In this document: piece after piece, positions 16,979 through 29,734 of the stretch | Position numbering within the stretch: position 1 is the stretch's first letter | Layout of the letters: every line of letters begins with the position of its first letter | Assembly: GCA_050230475.1 (NCBI GenBank) | Contig: JBFLGF010000028.1 | Location: 62,001 to 96,367, forward strand | Length of the DNA: 34,367 nt | Origin: Ancylonema sp. | Lineage: Eukaryota | Direction of reading: 5' to 3' | Position numbers and translations under genes: made by a program | Notes under the pieces: model-generated | What the model was told of the DNA's origin: nothing | What the model saw: only the letters and a program-made list of their open reading frames with translations | The model's database searches: none

Positions 16979-17145
16979 TCCGTTTCGATGGGCTCGGCAA
17001 TACCATGGGCGGGCGCGCAACATTTGCGCACGCTTGCTGCACCGGGACAATTTCAGTACTCGAATTTCGGACGTCGAAATTTGACGAAGTAGTGAGTATT
17101 GACCATTGTACACTCTGAAAAAGAAAAGGAAATAGTTATAAAGGA

Positions 17146-19260
17146 AAGCACGATGGGTACCCCATTTGAGTACAACGAAGAAAATCAGGAACCCAAAAAC
17201 ATATAGGAGGTTAATTATTACAAAACTAAGGTTCCGCACATTATTGGGGAACCGAGCTACCACACGTAACTCAGCCGCCGTAATCAACACGCGGGGAGGG
17301 GAGGGGGGGGAACATAGAAAGACATACCCTACTCTAAACGCAATGTCCTAGCATGGATAGCATGTGCTAATCACCGCTACAAACTAACCGAAGCACGTTG
17401 ACAATACAATGACACTAACAAACATGTCTGGTGTTCCGACCCGCCGTCCTTCTCCGCCGCTCGATGGGCACACCCCACCAAGAACCGGTCGCTAGCCTCC
17501 GAAAGGGCGCCGTATGTCTCCAGAGCGCAAGGCACAAATTTGGTACCCGGGGCCCGGTCCCGATGATGGACTTCTTTCCTACGCTCTCCGTTATCCGCAG
17601 CCACCACTCCCCTCTCGACCGCACGATCCACACAAATCACGGCACGTTGGGTCTGCGATTACGATATTCACAAGGGTATGACCCGCAACCGGGGCCAATA
17701 TCACAATATCCACCCTCTCCCCGCGCCCCAAGTAGCTCATGATGGAACGAAACCTGTCCGCTCACGTTGCGCGTGCCACCCAGACTTGTCACGACGTCTG
17801 AAATCGTTAGCATTTTACCCCTAATATGTAATAAATGTCTTCCTCATAATAAATCATTTCCGCGCCGCGCCCAAGTGTGAGTTCCACCTCGCTACAACTT
17901 CCGCCCCGCTCATCGATTTCCCCGAGCTCCAAGTTGCTACCTAGCGCCCCACACCACATTTGATCAGTCACTGATCCGACGTGTCACTTTGTAACTAGTC
18001 ATCAATCCACTTGTGATGACTTGCAATGATTGTTAGCCGTCGATGAATATCCGTCGATTGTAGATAAGACAAATGCGCGCGCGACGAATATTGAGATTGA
18101 TTTGTAGAATGACACGCGTCTAGCGTCGTCTCTTGAGTTTTGATAAAACCTTTGTAATCGAAATCAGAATTAAGCTTTCGCTGAACCTAACGCTGAAGAG
18201 ACTTGCATAACACTCGTGCCTCTCGCGTAATCTGAATCTTGTGCATCTTGTGCTTTGCCTTACAACTTGTGTATTTTGTATTGTGCACTATCGTTGTTGT
18301 TGCTTGCACATCCTAACTCTCGCTCTCCGCGCATAGTACTGTTTACTCGCTTTCGCGCCTTACTATTTGCAGAGTTATCACGACGCAAGTGAGAGCATTA
18401 CTCAGTGTGCAAACTCACAGTCCCTTTACTGCATATGATAAGCAACTTAGACTTACACATCAATAGCTGTTCGCTAATCGATATCTGTAGTGTAATTACT
18501 GAGCTATTAAATTGCTTCACGCTTTGATTGAAATTTCCAAAGCGTCGACAACATTGTCTTCTTGCCCGTAGCAAGAGAGTTTCCGAGTAAAGGCGACGTT
18601 CTTGCCATCGTTTTTGTCATCGTTTACGATCATTGCCGCGAATCAAGCGTGCACGACTCCTTAAGTCAAGGCAGATGAGCCTTACATTTACAATTTCTTC
18701 AATATCGACATACATCACTTCATGTCGATCATCTCCATTATGACGTACACACATCAAGTGATTACGTCATCGATGCCCGTATACCCTATCGATCCAATCC
18801 AGCACGTGAGACTCACGAACAATGTACTACACAGAGTTTCGCACTGAGTCATGTGATGAATTGCGTTCTCCTCCACGGAGGCAGTGCATCAGGTGGATGC
18901 CTAGACTGTCCAAGGCATGGATGGCCACATGCGCATGTACCGTATCTAACCAGGCAAGGGTGGGGAAAGCCGAGCCGAAGACGCAAGGCATTGATAAAAT
19001 TTTCGGGAGGGAGGGCAAAATCGGAATAGCATGCAATCAATGCCCCGCGCCGGCCCCACTGGCAAAGCGGATCCTCGCACAAAAATGTGAAGAGTAAATA
19101 GTTGCATGGGTAATACCCGTTAGAGTCGCTTCGAGGTGGGAAACAGGTGACTCCGTGAGGCTGCTATACGGAGGTAGCACCGCTTGGGCTTCATGGAGTA
19201 AGAGAGTACGCGTCCCTTGCAGGGCAACCTGGTTTCTCAACGCCCCCGCATCCATGGTGC
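17146..19260 (-). mobile_element. CRE-like non-LTR retrotransposon, 3' fragment with a restriction-like endonuclease (decayed)
   Basis: Across frameshifts: ALRLRLG, zinc knuckle CACGH..LGIHLMHC, SHDSVR, RVDIV, RKEVHH, FVPCALETYGAL, QRASVSL. These are typical RLE-LINE C-terminal motifs. Confidence 0.8.
17787..18808 (+). mobile_element. Solo LTR inserted in the CRE-like LINE, TSD AGACT
   Basis: Starts TGTCACGACG. AGACT at 17782-17786 and 18809-18813. Removing the insert restores the LINE frame YIVRES-GWHAQRE. Orientation is assumed. Confidence 0.82.
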
Positions 19261-19527
19261 TCAAAACACACCGTAGTTAGTACTATATAACGTCTTAGGC
19301 CTATACTGCCACCGTTGTAACCGGTTTACTAATTTCATGATTTTGTAAACATCTCGCACCCCATGGGGTGTAGGAAGTACCTCCAGGGGGGGGGGGGGTG
19401 GGTAATAATATGACTTTAACATGCGCAAGATTTCGTACGCGTGCCGCGTGCGGACGTGAGCGCACTCCCGGCACTGGTGCGGGATGCGCACGCCAAAGAC
19501 CCAAATGATAGATTGACATGTATATAT

Positions 19528-21039
19528 TAACGTGCGGGGAGCCCACGCATATGCTCTGGGCTTCGGCCTCCGAGCTCATGAGCCAGGGGCCTCGATCGGA
19601 GCTTGGAGCCCCGAGCCCGGCTCTGAGCCCAGAGCCCGCGGCTCGGAGCCCGGAAAAAAGAATAACGGTAAAGAAAAGTAAAAGTGACACACGAGGCCAC
19701 CGCAAGGTCAGTTGTGAAGAGGTAGCTACTCCATTACGAGTAACTATTAGCATACCATCTTCAACACACAATCGATCATTTATTATTAAAAAATGAGAAA
19801 ATCGTAAGTGTTTTCAGTAAATTTGATCATTTCATATGTGTGTACGACATTACGCAGAGTGTTCACTTGAACACTGGGATTGATTGGCATGGTAATTATA
19901 TTTTACTGTCCATCTTCATGTTTCCATTGAAATTCGAGAATGGATAGGAGTACAGTGCAGTCTTGATATAGTGACAATTTTATAGACATGGGGATTTAAT
20001 GTCACTATATCGAATGCTAGGGTTGTCACTATACAGTGTTTAGTGACATTTGATAGGGCGACAATAGGCAAATGTCACTATATCGAGAGAAAGTGAAATT
20101 CAGGTCGATATTTTTAAAGGAGGTGGCTCATCTAATCGGCTTTCGTTATAACATCCTCTCGCTAATAATAAAACCTGACTACATGACTAATGTTGGAACC
20201 ATTAAAAAAAATGAAATTAGACTGGTGATTAATTTACGCGTCACCTTTTGGGTAAAAAAATTCGGGCGCAATATTATGCATTAAAATAGACAGGTTATTA
20301 ATTTTTACAGTATAAATTTAGACAGGTTTCACTGTATAGTGACATCGCAATACAAAATTTTGAGAATTTTTGGTCACTATAATGTGTGTCACTATAGCGA
20401 TTGTCACTACATAGAGTAGGTTTTTATACAAGATTAGAACAAGGGCAAAAAAAAATGTCACTATATCGCGATTGTCACTGTACAGTGTGTCACTATATCA
20501 AGACTGCACTGTATAAACCATTTCCGGAACGAATAACATTTAACAAAAATTAAGGAAGAGTGCATGCCTTCTGAAAAAAAAACTCTTTTCGGCACACATA
20601 TGTGACAAGTGAGTGAAAATGAAACAAAGCATTTATTTATATTAATCAATCTTGTGAAGTACATATGTACCACACTAACCATTGCACCAACTCCTAGCGT
20701 ATGAGGTTAGAGAGACTACTAAGACTATTTCCAATATTGCTCACTAAATACAATTCACTATGAGAGGTAAAAATCGGTGAAGACAGCAGCACCCAAACTA
20801 GACATGACCTCATACCTTTCAAACGAGCCCAGGTGAGCCCAAGAGAGCCCAAAGAAGCCCAAATGAGCCCAATAGTTTTGGGCTCTGGGCTCCGGACTCT
20901 GGGCTCCGATCGGTGCTTGGGCTCTTTGAGCTCTTCGGGCTCGGAGGCTAGGATTTTTCCAGCCTTTGGGCTACAAGCTCAATGAGTCAAAATCTTGTTG
21001 GATCTGGACTCATTGAGCTCCGGGCTCACCTCACAGTTG
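19528..21039. mobile_element. Non-autonomous hAT-like DNA transposon with GAGCCC subterminal repeat arrays
   Basis: GAGCCC/GGGCTC clusters at 19539-19652 and 20825-21027; imperfect TIR TAAC-GTGCGGGGAGCCC / GGGCTCACCTCACAGTTG; no TSD found. Confidence 0.55.
19953..20511. mobile_element. Tc1/mariner-type MITE (559 bp)
   Basis: Perfect 24-bp TIR CAGTGCAGTCTTGATATAGTGACA, TA on both sides, many internal TGTCACTATA motifs. Confidence 0.92.
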
Positions 21040-21410
21040 GCAACTTCGTGTCATGTTCGGAGGCGCTCAATGCGCACTCAGCAATGTCCCGCAAAGTATG
21101 GCGCGCACATGCTTCCCAAGAGGCTCAGGGAGGATCAACCAAAAGACTAGACGCAGTCAACGACCTTGCTGAGGACCCCCACGGCACTCCACATCGTCCC
21201 GTCATCGAACCGTTTCGTTTCCCTGGTTACCTGGCATAGAGTGGAAAGTCGTCCCTGGCGCATTACAGTATACCTACGGCAGGCTTGCAGCTCTGTATTT
21301 GCATGCTTTCAGGCACCGTACCGTTATAAGTTAAGACATGTAGCTGGCCATCAAAACTCTTACTGTGTCAGTCATCCTACTATTTTTTACACTGCGTATC
21401 GTTGTTGCAA

Positions 21411-24400
21411 ATGGCAAGTACGAACGGACAGTCGAAGGGAGCGAATGGAGGTATTTATCCTTCAGTTGAAAACCCGAAAGGCGAGGGTTATAGCTTTCAG
21501 AAGGAGGGAATGAAGTCAGTCAATGAGCTCTCAAAAATGTTCAATCGGAGAACGGAAGGACCCGCTCCTGTGCCGAAAACTCCTCAAGAGACAAAGCGAA
21601 GCTCTGTGGTGGTTGACTGGATGACGAAGGGCAACACGGCCTCACCGGCAAAGAAACCTGCAACCCCTTCTTCTCCCCGACCAGCTATTCCAGCCGATCT
21701 TGTGTTGGTAAGTTGGATCACACTGTTCAGGGTTACTCTGAGGTTGGAAGGAGTAGCAGGGTAGAGAGCGCAAAAACCCTTGCGAGGCCCTTGTACTGAT
21801 TTATCGTGCGTGCTTGCCAGTGATGCAGTGCAAGTAGCAAATGTTAGTGCTGGTGCTTGTGCGTGCTTGTTTGCGACTTTCTGATGCTGCAGGGGTGAAT
21901 GTTGCAGCTTTCGGCTTTTTGTTCCCATCTCAACCTTGTTTGACTGAACCACCTGCAGCTCGGTCGTTTCTGCGCTGTTGTCAACAGGTGGTAGCACGAC
22001 TAGAGAAGGCGGAGGCGGAATTGGAGCATACAAAGACGGAGCTGGTTACATTGAGGCAGAGGCAGTCCGATATGAGAAAAGAGACCGAGTCTGCCATGAC
22101 CGACAAAATGAATGCAGAAATTCAGAGGGGGGCTGCAGTAGCTGCGCTGGAAGTGGTGAAGAGGGAAACAGAAGCAAAAGTTCGGAGCTTACAGGTACTG
22201 GAATACACTATGGATATAGGTACTGAGCAAGCTTGATTGGTTGACGTTTCGCAGTAGTCGGGTGCCTTGGATTGCATGGACCTTCCTGCACAAGAAAATC
22301 GTGCAGGTTTTTCGTGTGTCGGCATTATGGTTGCTAAGAGGAAGAAAGTAAAGGTCTTAGACCTGAAGAAACAGGTGCATGATTTGGTGTGGCCCTCTGC
22401 CTGCAGCTTGTCTAATAATTTCGGGAGTCGATTTGGTATGTCTGGGTCTCAGGAACTCCTTTCCAACACTGAAATAAAAGAGAAACAGGCTGTTTCAAAT
22501 GCCGAAGCCCTAAAAGCAGCGCACGTGGAAGCACTGAGTTCCGTCCAGAAGTCACAGCAGACTGCGGTGCATGACAGCGCGGCTTACAAGGCTGTGGTTG
22601 ACAAAGTCAGTTTCTTGGAGTCACAATTGGACTACTCGAAAAAGGAGACTGCGGATATGGAGCGGGTGCTGAGGCGGAATAGGGAGTTGCTGAAAGATGC
22701 CCAAGCAGGAGTTGCGGTGAGTCCTTGAAGCCTGCTTGTGTAAGGCGCCATGTGTATAGATGGGTAACAGCATTCTGGGCCCATTCTGAAAATTCTAGTG
22801 CTATTCTTGTAGTGTCTCCTTGTTGTTCTCGTGTTGTTCTTGTGTTGAATCATCCTTGTTGTGAAGTACGCTTTGTGAGACTGAGAATATAGGGGATTTA
22901 GGGCTATCGAATCGTTGCTTTGTTTTTTCATTTACAAAAGCGTAGTTTCTTATTGAACATGCATGAGCGAAAGGTCTACTACGGATGTCATGAACGTTGA
23001 AGTGTGTGCATGCAGGATATGACAGCTCAGTTGGGAGACAAGGGCGTAGAGATTTTGAAACTCAAAGGGGATGTCCAGGAAGCCAAAGACAAGTTGGTGG
23101 CAGCCAAGAAAGCTCAGGACTTCGCGGAGAGAGAGACGGAGGACCTCAAAGTCTCCCTGGTACAAGCCAATGCTGCAAGAGATGAGTCTCTTGCACTCTT
23201 AGAGGTGTCCCAGGCAGAGACCAGCACCGCAAGACACGAAGCTGAATTAGCAAGGAGGATGGTGGGGGACTCTGCTGCGAGACTGAAAGCAGCTCATGTT
23301 GATATAGATGAGGCTAACAGCAACATGAATCGGATGATGCAAGATCTGGTGAAGATGAAGATGGAAGGAGCAGCTGCTTCCGCTGCATCAGCCGCTGCTG
23401 GGGCAGTAGTCGGGGCTGAAGCAGAGAGATTGAAAACAGAGCTGGCAGAAACCAAAGCTGCAACAGTGACAGCAGAAAGCCGACATCTGGCCTTGCAGAA
23501 ACAGCTTCAGGTGGCATCGACATCAGAAGCTATGGCACAGACACAAGCCGCAGAAGCAAAGGCTGCTTTAGCGAAAGCAGGTCATTCCATAACCGAGCTC
23601 CAGAGAGAGGTGGAGGGTTTGCAAGCGCAGGTAGAGGCAGGAAAGCAGGGCTTAAAGGAGGCTGAAGCAGTGGCAGACATGAGAGAGGCTGCAGCACAAG
23701 CACAAGTCAAGGCTGCCCGAGCTGCTGAGCAGGAAAGTGCTGACAAGGTGCAAGCAGCTGCAGAGGCAGAGGCATCCGCGAAGGCATTGGTTGAGAAGTT
23801 GAAGGACACGGAGCAGGGACTGAGGGCACAGATACAGTTGGCGAATGAATCGGTGGAGAAGGTGCGAGCAGAATTGGAAGAGAGCCGATCTAGGCTGTCT
23901 GCTGCAAGCGCGGAGATCGAGTCAGTCAAACAAAAAGAGCTGGCTGCCAAAGCAAGGGAGGTGGTGTTGAACAAAGATGACGTGTTGCTGAAGGCACAGG
24001 AAGCTGAGGAGAGTCTGAGGAGGAAGGTGGCCACTATGCAGTTGGAGCTGCAGTCAGCAAGGAAGCAGGAGCAAGTAGCTCTGGCAGAGGTGGCTGCAGC
24101 GAAAGAGGGGGAGCAGAAGGCTAAGGCAGAAGTGGAGGCAGTGCGCGTAGCTGCAGAAGCTGCAGATGCACAGGTGGCGATTCTGAAAAGGGAAATGAGT
24201 GCAGCAATGGCAGCCACTGCGACAGCCGAAAGTCGCTACCAAGCTGCCAAGCTAGAACTGGATGCTGCAGTGTCTTCAGAAGCTTCAGCAGTGGCTCATG
24301 CAGCAGAGGCCAAGAAATTGCAGGAGCAGGCGTCCACAGAGCTAGTGGCAGCAGAGGCACAGATGAAAGCAAGGGAAGAGGAGGGGAGGGTCGCTTCGCA

Positions 24401-25874
24401 GAGTGAGATAGAGGCGGCTCAGGAAGTGGCCAACAAGAAAGTGGCAGCAGCACACGCACAAGTGGATGCCGCCAATGCAGAGGGGCGGGAGCTCAAGAAG
24501 AGGATGGAAGGAGCTCAAGCTACAGCGGCTGCTGCAGAGGAAGCCCTGTCTGCTGCCAAGGTGGAGGTACGAAGCAGGGAGGAGAGGGAAGCAGAAGTGA
24601 GGAAGATGGTGGAGGCTCTGACGTTGGAGAAAGAAAGTGCTCTGCGGGAGGCCCAAGGATCTAAAGCGGCATTGGCGACAGCAGAGAGCCGGCACCAGGC
24701 AATCCTCGTGGAGCTGGAGTCTGGGACAGGGGTGGTCTTTGGGGATGCTCCTAGTTTTACAGACAGCAAGGTGGCAGCTGCCGAGGCGGCAGAGAGGGAG
24801 AGTGAGACAAAGTTGGGAGCAGCTCTGTCAGAAGTAGCTGCGGCAAAGACAGCGCAACAGGCAGCGGTCACATCTGCAGAGTCCCTCCAAAAGTCCCTGG
24901 ACGCACTGAGCCTGGAGCACGTGGCTCTCCAGAAGGAGGTCGCTCACTTGAGGGGCGAGGTGGAGGCAGCCAAGTCAGACTCCAAAAGTGCAGAGAACAA
25001 GTACCTTGCGGCGGTAGCAGCACTGGAGGCTTCGGAAGCGGGAGAATCTGCGGCCCGCAAGTCTGTGCAGCGCCTGGCTTCCTCTCAGCAGATGGGGGAC
25101 ACTGCGGACCAGAGAGTCCAACTGGAGGCTCTGCAGAACCAAGTGAGGGATGTGGAGTCACTTGCAGAGATGAGGGTGGCGGCGGCAAACGCAGAAGTGG
25201 AGGCTGCAAGGATGGCGGAGAAGGAGGGGAAAAGTAGGTTGGAGGCTGCTCTTGTACAGCTGGCAGCCTCCAAGGAAGCTTCTCAGGCATCAGCGCTGGG
25301 CTCTACCAAGGATCCCGGTGAGGATGAGGAGCGGGCTCAGCGGCATGCCAAGTTTGAGGCAGATCTGGCGGCTGCTAGGGCGGAGGCGAGGGCGGCCAAG
25401 AGGCAGGTTGGGGATTTGGAGTGGAAGCTGAACGCGCTGACGGGAACGAAGGATGTCCTGGAGGGGGAGCTGACGAAATGGAGGGAAGAAGCGGTTGTGA
25501 GAAAAAGGTCTGCAGCGGCCTTGGCTACGCAGCAGGCAGAGAGAGACGAGGCGGAAAGACAACGACAGCTTCGGAGATTTCAAGAAGCAGCTGCAGAGTC
25601 TGCGTCAGCATCACAGGGAGGGACCATAATAAGCACACAACGAAGCGCAGAAATCAAAGACACTGGGTCCTCAATCACCAAGCCTTCTCTGAATGCCGAT
25701 GGAAGTGTCGGTGCTTTTAACCCTGGTGGACCAACAGATCAACCTGAAGGAGCTGCGCCTGATGATGTTGTTGTCGCGCCAGCACGCAAAGTCAGTAGCA
25801 GCGCAAACGAAACTTCGGCGAGAGAGGCTGGTGGAGGAGAAGTTCAACCGAAATGCGGGTGTGTCATTCAGTAG
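21411..25874 (+). CDS. Long coiled-coil protein (~1208 aa), WEB/DUF827-family-like, with a C-terminal CaaX (KCGCVIQ)
   Basis: Exons 21411-21707, 21988-22194, 22453-22716 and 23016-25874; all introns GT-AG, phase 0. Ala/Glu/Lys-rich helical rod. Motifs KSVNELSKMF, TAESRH and KDVLEGELTKWREE recall WEB1; the family call is from remembered motifs only. Confidence 0.85.
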
Positions 25875-26866
25875 TAAGTTATTACATGCGCATCAAAGCA
25901 TCTTGTAACAAGACTGCTTTCCTCATGAGAGGACCATCCATGTACCAAACCTATTTGCTTGTCTTGATGCAAGGTCTTGTAGTTATGTAGGCCGATTAAA
26001 CTTCCGCATAGTAATTAATCAATCCTTTAGGGCGGTTGTCTTGTCTGAACTTCGGGCACCAGATTCAGCATCACGTTGTTCATAGAATTTACATGGAAAA
26101 ACATGTTCAAGAGAGCGAAGGACAATCGATTCGAATGCTGGTGTAATATTTGCTATCACAAGTGATATTTGCGTGAATACGAGATCAATTGATCTCCTGA
26201 TTTTACACGTTTGTGTCATCTCATTGGCATAAAGTTTGATCAACGATCGTATGCAATCGCGATCCATTAAGCGATAGACCATATTGGACTCATTTTTTTG
26301 TTTGGGGAGGATTACATTCAAAATCACAATACACAGAGAGGACAATATGCATTCACTATCTGGCGTTTAGAGTATGTCCACCTCGTAAACATAGTCGAAT
26401 GTTCCAAACTCCACTCCGTTTTGTAGCAAGACGTTGCCTTTTTTTGCACACTGGTAACACGGCACTTCAATATCAAAGACCGCGGTTTGGAACCCCGAAC
26501 CTCCGAATAGTAACGTCCAATTCGTACTCCACAAGAGTCCCCAAAAAGTGAATGTATATGGAAGAAATAACTTGCACATGTATCTCGCCCAATACAATTT
26601 GTGGCGTAGCCAATATCTTGGAGGACCCCGGAACCAATCAGATTGCAAATTAGAAGCCCCAATCCGGATGGCGGATTGTTCATGAGGATACAAATTGACT
26701 TTCACACAAGATTCCGTACGCACGTTTGTGCGTAGCCTATGATTAATCCAACCAAAAAACAATATGTAAAAGGAAGATCTCTAAGGACGACTTGCACCAA
26801 GTAGAATCGACTTTTTGGGGCACCGAAAACCACGCCGCACATGGAAACAAAGCACGGTTTATATTC

Positions 26867-26897
<31 letters not shown>

Positions 26898-26979
26898 CCG
26901 AGGCATTTCAGTATTGTGAGTATGACGAGGCCACTAGCATTGTATGGACGATGAAGCGGTCTTCACGTCAGAACGGGGG

Positions 26980-27021
<42 letters not shown>
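26980..27021 (+). repeat. Poly(A) run (42 nt)
   Basis: Directly visible. Confidence 0.95.
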
Positions 27022-27026
<5 letters not shown>

Positions 27027-29734
27027 TCACTGGGTTTCCGGGTATACTGATTCACTAGCCCCTAACATTGTGCCCACTCATATCCAATAATAGCCCCTAA
27101 TACCAGCCCCTACTAACCCCCACGCGAAAAGTGAACGTTATCTGACGGTTGTGACAAGCAAATATTTGATCCGAACGATATACATCCCTTCGCGATAGGA
27201 ACAAGAAACTTGGAAAATCGACAAGATCCCCTTGAAGCCCTGAGTAGCATAATCGAACCGGATTTGTTGAGACCTGGCGTCTAGTCTTCAGGCGTGGGAA
27301 TGACAATGATGGTACACCGGATGACGGAATACCCCTAATGATAAGAGAATACCCTCGAAGCAACAAAATTTTACGAAACAATCGTTGTAACAAATGCCGG
27401 GCCGTAAAGTCGTGAATCATAGTTATTGATATCAAATGCATGGGATGTAGTGCCTCGCGGAGAGAAGAGTCGTACGCAAATTATGCAATCAACCTCGCAA
27501 CAAAGTACCCCCCCCTCCCCCCTCCCCCTTCCCCGTTGGAATGAAATGTTGCTCGCCGTATCAATTGGTAGCTTACTACAAGGTGCCCACCGTGATCAGC
27601 GAGTCTCCTACGCGGATAGAGTAAACTAATTTTGTGAGCGTTCGTGAATTGCGTGGGATCGATGTAAGTGAATACGCTTGTGGTTTTTATTCAACTTTGT
27701 CGTCCGTGGAAGTCTTTGAATGTGAAAATATAAAACAATCTTTTGCTAAGGGTCTTAATATCATTGTGGAACCCCTTGTACCATTGAATGCAGTATCGCA
27801 ATTGCAAATACAGTCGGCAAGAAGGGGAAGGAAAACATTATGCTAGATTTATTATACTTCATGTTTAATTGGGAAGTGTTTCTCGAAGTTTGAAACCTAA
27901 GGAAAGTATCATGGATAAACGTGTGGCTTGACTTCACTTACATCCTCATTACTGGTACTTCGATTTTCATTGAATAATTTGTGTTGTGATCGTGTTTAAT
28001 ATTAATGAGGTCCAATCTGATCACAAACGGATGTGCAATCCCCACACCAAGTTGTGGGTCAATGATGTCAAGAATTCCCGTTCCGATGAACTCGTACTCA
28101 CCGCGAACCCATCGACGGCGTGCATAAGCCATTTTTTTGTTTGCACAATCATTGGCTTTACACAACGGCTCGTGGGACAAAAAGTACTAGGAAGTAGATT
28201 GATCAGACATTGTATATGCACGCCACTTGTGATTGTGCTTATCAAGTTTATATAAGCATACATGAGTTTGATTGCTCATTAGTCAAAAATTCGTGACAAA
28301 ACTAAGAATTTGACCATTTGCATTGAACAACTACTAATGTCCACACTATGACCCATGCATGCCTAGTACCACCTTTCAATCGAGAAACCAAAAGCGAGAA
28401 GTGACATGGTTTGCTTATTCCAATGCCATCTATTAGTGCATTTCCTAGTGACCAAACCACTTCTTCCTCCACTACACAACCACCAAGGATGAACTCTACC
28501 TTGGAGCTGCTTCACGAAGTTCAACATCCCTCACAACTTTGCGAACATCATCTTCATCATTCACCTATTTTCATTGCATTGAATACATCACAAAATAAGC
28601 GACACAACATTGGCCACACTTGAAGCCGAATTTCATAGACAACCCCGCTATGACACACGACATTTTTTGGCGAGCAATCCCTCCCTGCAAGTTTCCACTT
28701 CCGCCCTTGGACTACAACACTCTCGAGTTCCTAAACACGAATGGCATTTCCCCATGCCTCTATTCTTGCACCTGCAATCCCACAAAACCCTCTCAGCCGT
28801 CATCACAACAAGGCCAAGTTTATAAACTCGTAGATCAAGATGCTTCTCGCACAAGGTATGAGACATGTGCCATCTACTCAACACACCAATAAAAAAGGGA
28901 ACAACAAATGTGAGAAAAACATCCACGAAATCAACCATCAATCACAACCATCAACCACTCACTGTGAAGCCATCACGTCGATGGTTGGACACCCTTTAGA
29001 GACTCCACCCCTAAAACTCATTTACTATCGCACTTGACGTTGAGATCACAATGCTGAAAACCATTCAAACTTTTGCGATGAAGAAGGGGTTTTGAAGTTT
29101 GACAACATGAACGGTAAGTGGCGCTTGATTATATAAAAAAAAACTTCCCAATATCTTGTGTATGTACTACACATGTGTGAATAACAGAAAAAATCATGTT
29201 TGCGTATACGATATAAGAACTTGACCGGGTACAACGACTCCTTGTATAAAAACCAGTTTTTCCTCATTGTTTGGGGCCTTCAGTTTGATGCAATTCACCC
29301 TCCAAGTACAGTCTTCAGGCTTAGGAACCGCACCCCAACCCTCATCAATGATAAAATCAATCAGTTACATCACTAATTGAGCATCACACCAGATGAGTGA
29401 GCCATTGACATACGCCATTGACAGGTTCTCTAGAACATTGTAGCCACAACCACGATCTTTTTCGCGCTGCTGTTTCACATTCTCGCCTAGGAATCATCAC
29501 GACCAGCAACCAGACCCTGGTCGCATGTGGTCTCAACAAATTCATCATTCTGTTCTCCGTATCCTGAAGCGACTTCGGCTACAGAGATTCCGAAAGAACA
29601 TTGGGTACAGGAAACCTTAGGGCTGCAATTCATGAATGCAGAAAGGGTCGCAGGCGTGGAGTGGGCGTGTATCATCTATGGCCGCAGTCAGAGAATCTGA
29701 GACAGTGCAGGGTGGAGAGAGGAGGGTGTTGTAC

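Noticed and set aside
23314..25583. Multiple minus-strand ORFs over the coiled-coil exon
   Set aside because: Antisense shadows of Ala/Glu-rich codons.
26900..27021. Poly(A) as a SINE or retrocopy tail
   Set aside because: No TSD or Pol III A/B boxes identified by eye.
27100..29280. Possible decayed coding or TE sequence
   Set aside because: Only short ORFs and no motif I can recognise; a tblastx or HMM search is needed.
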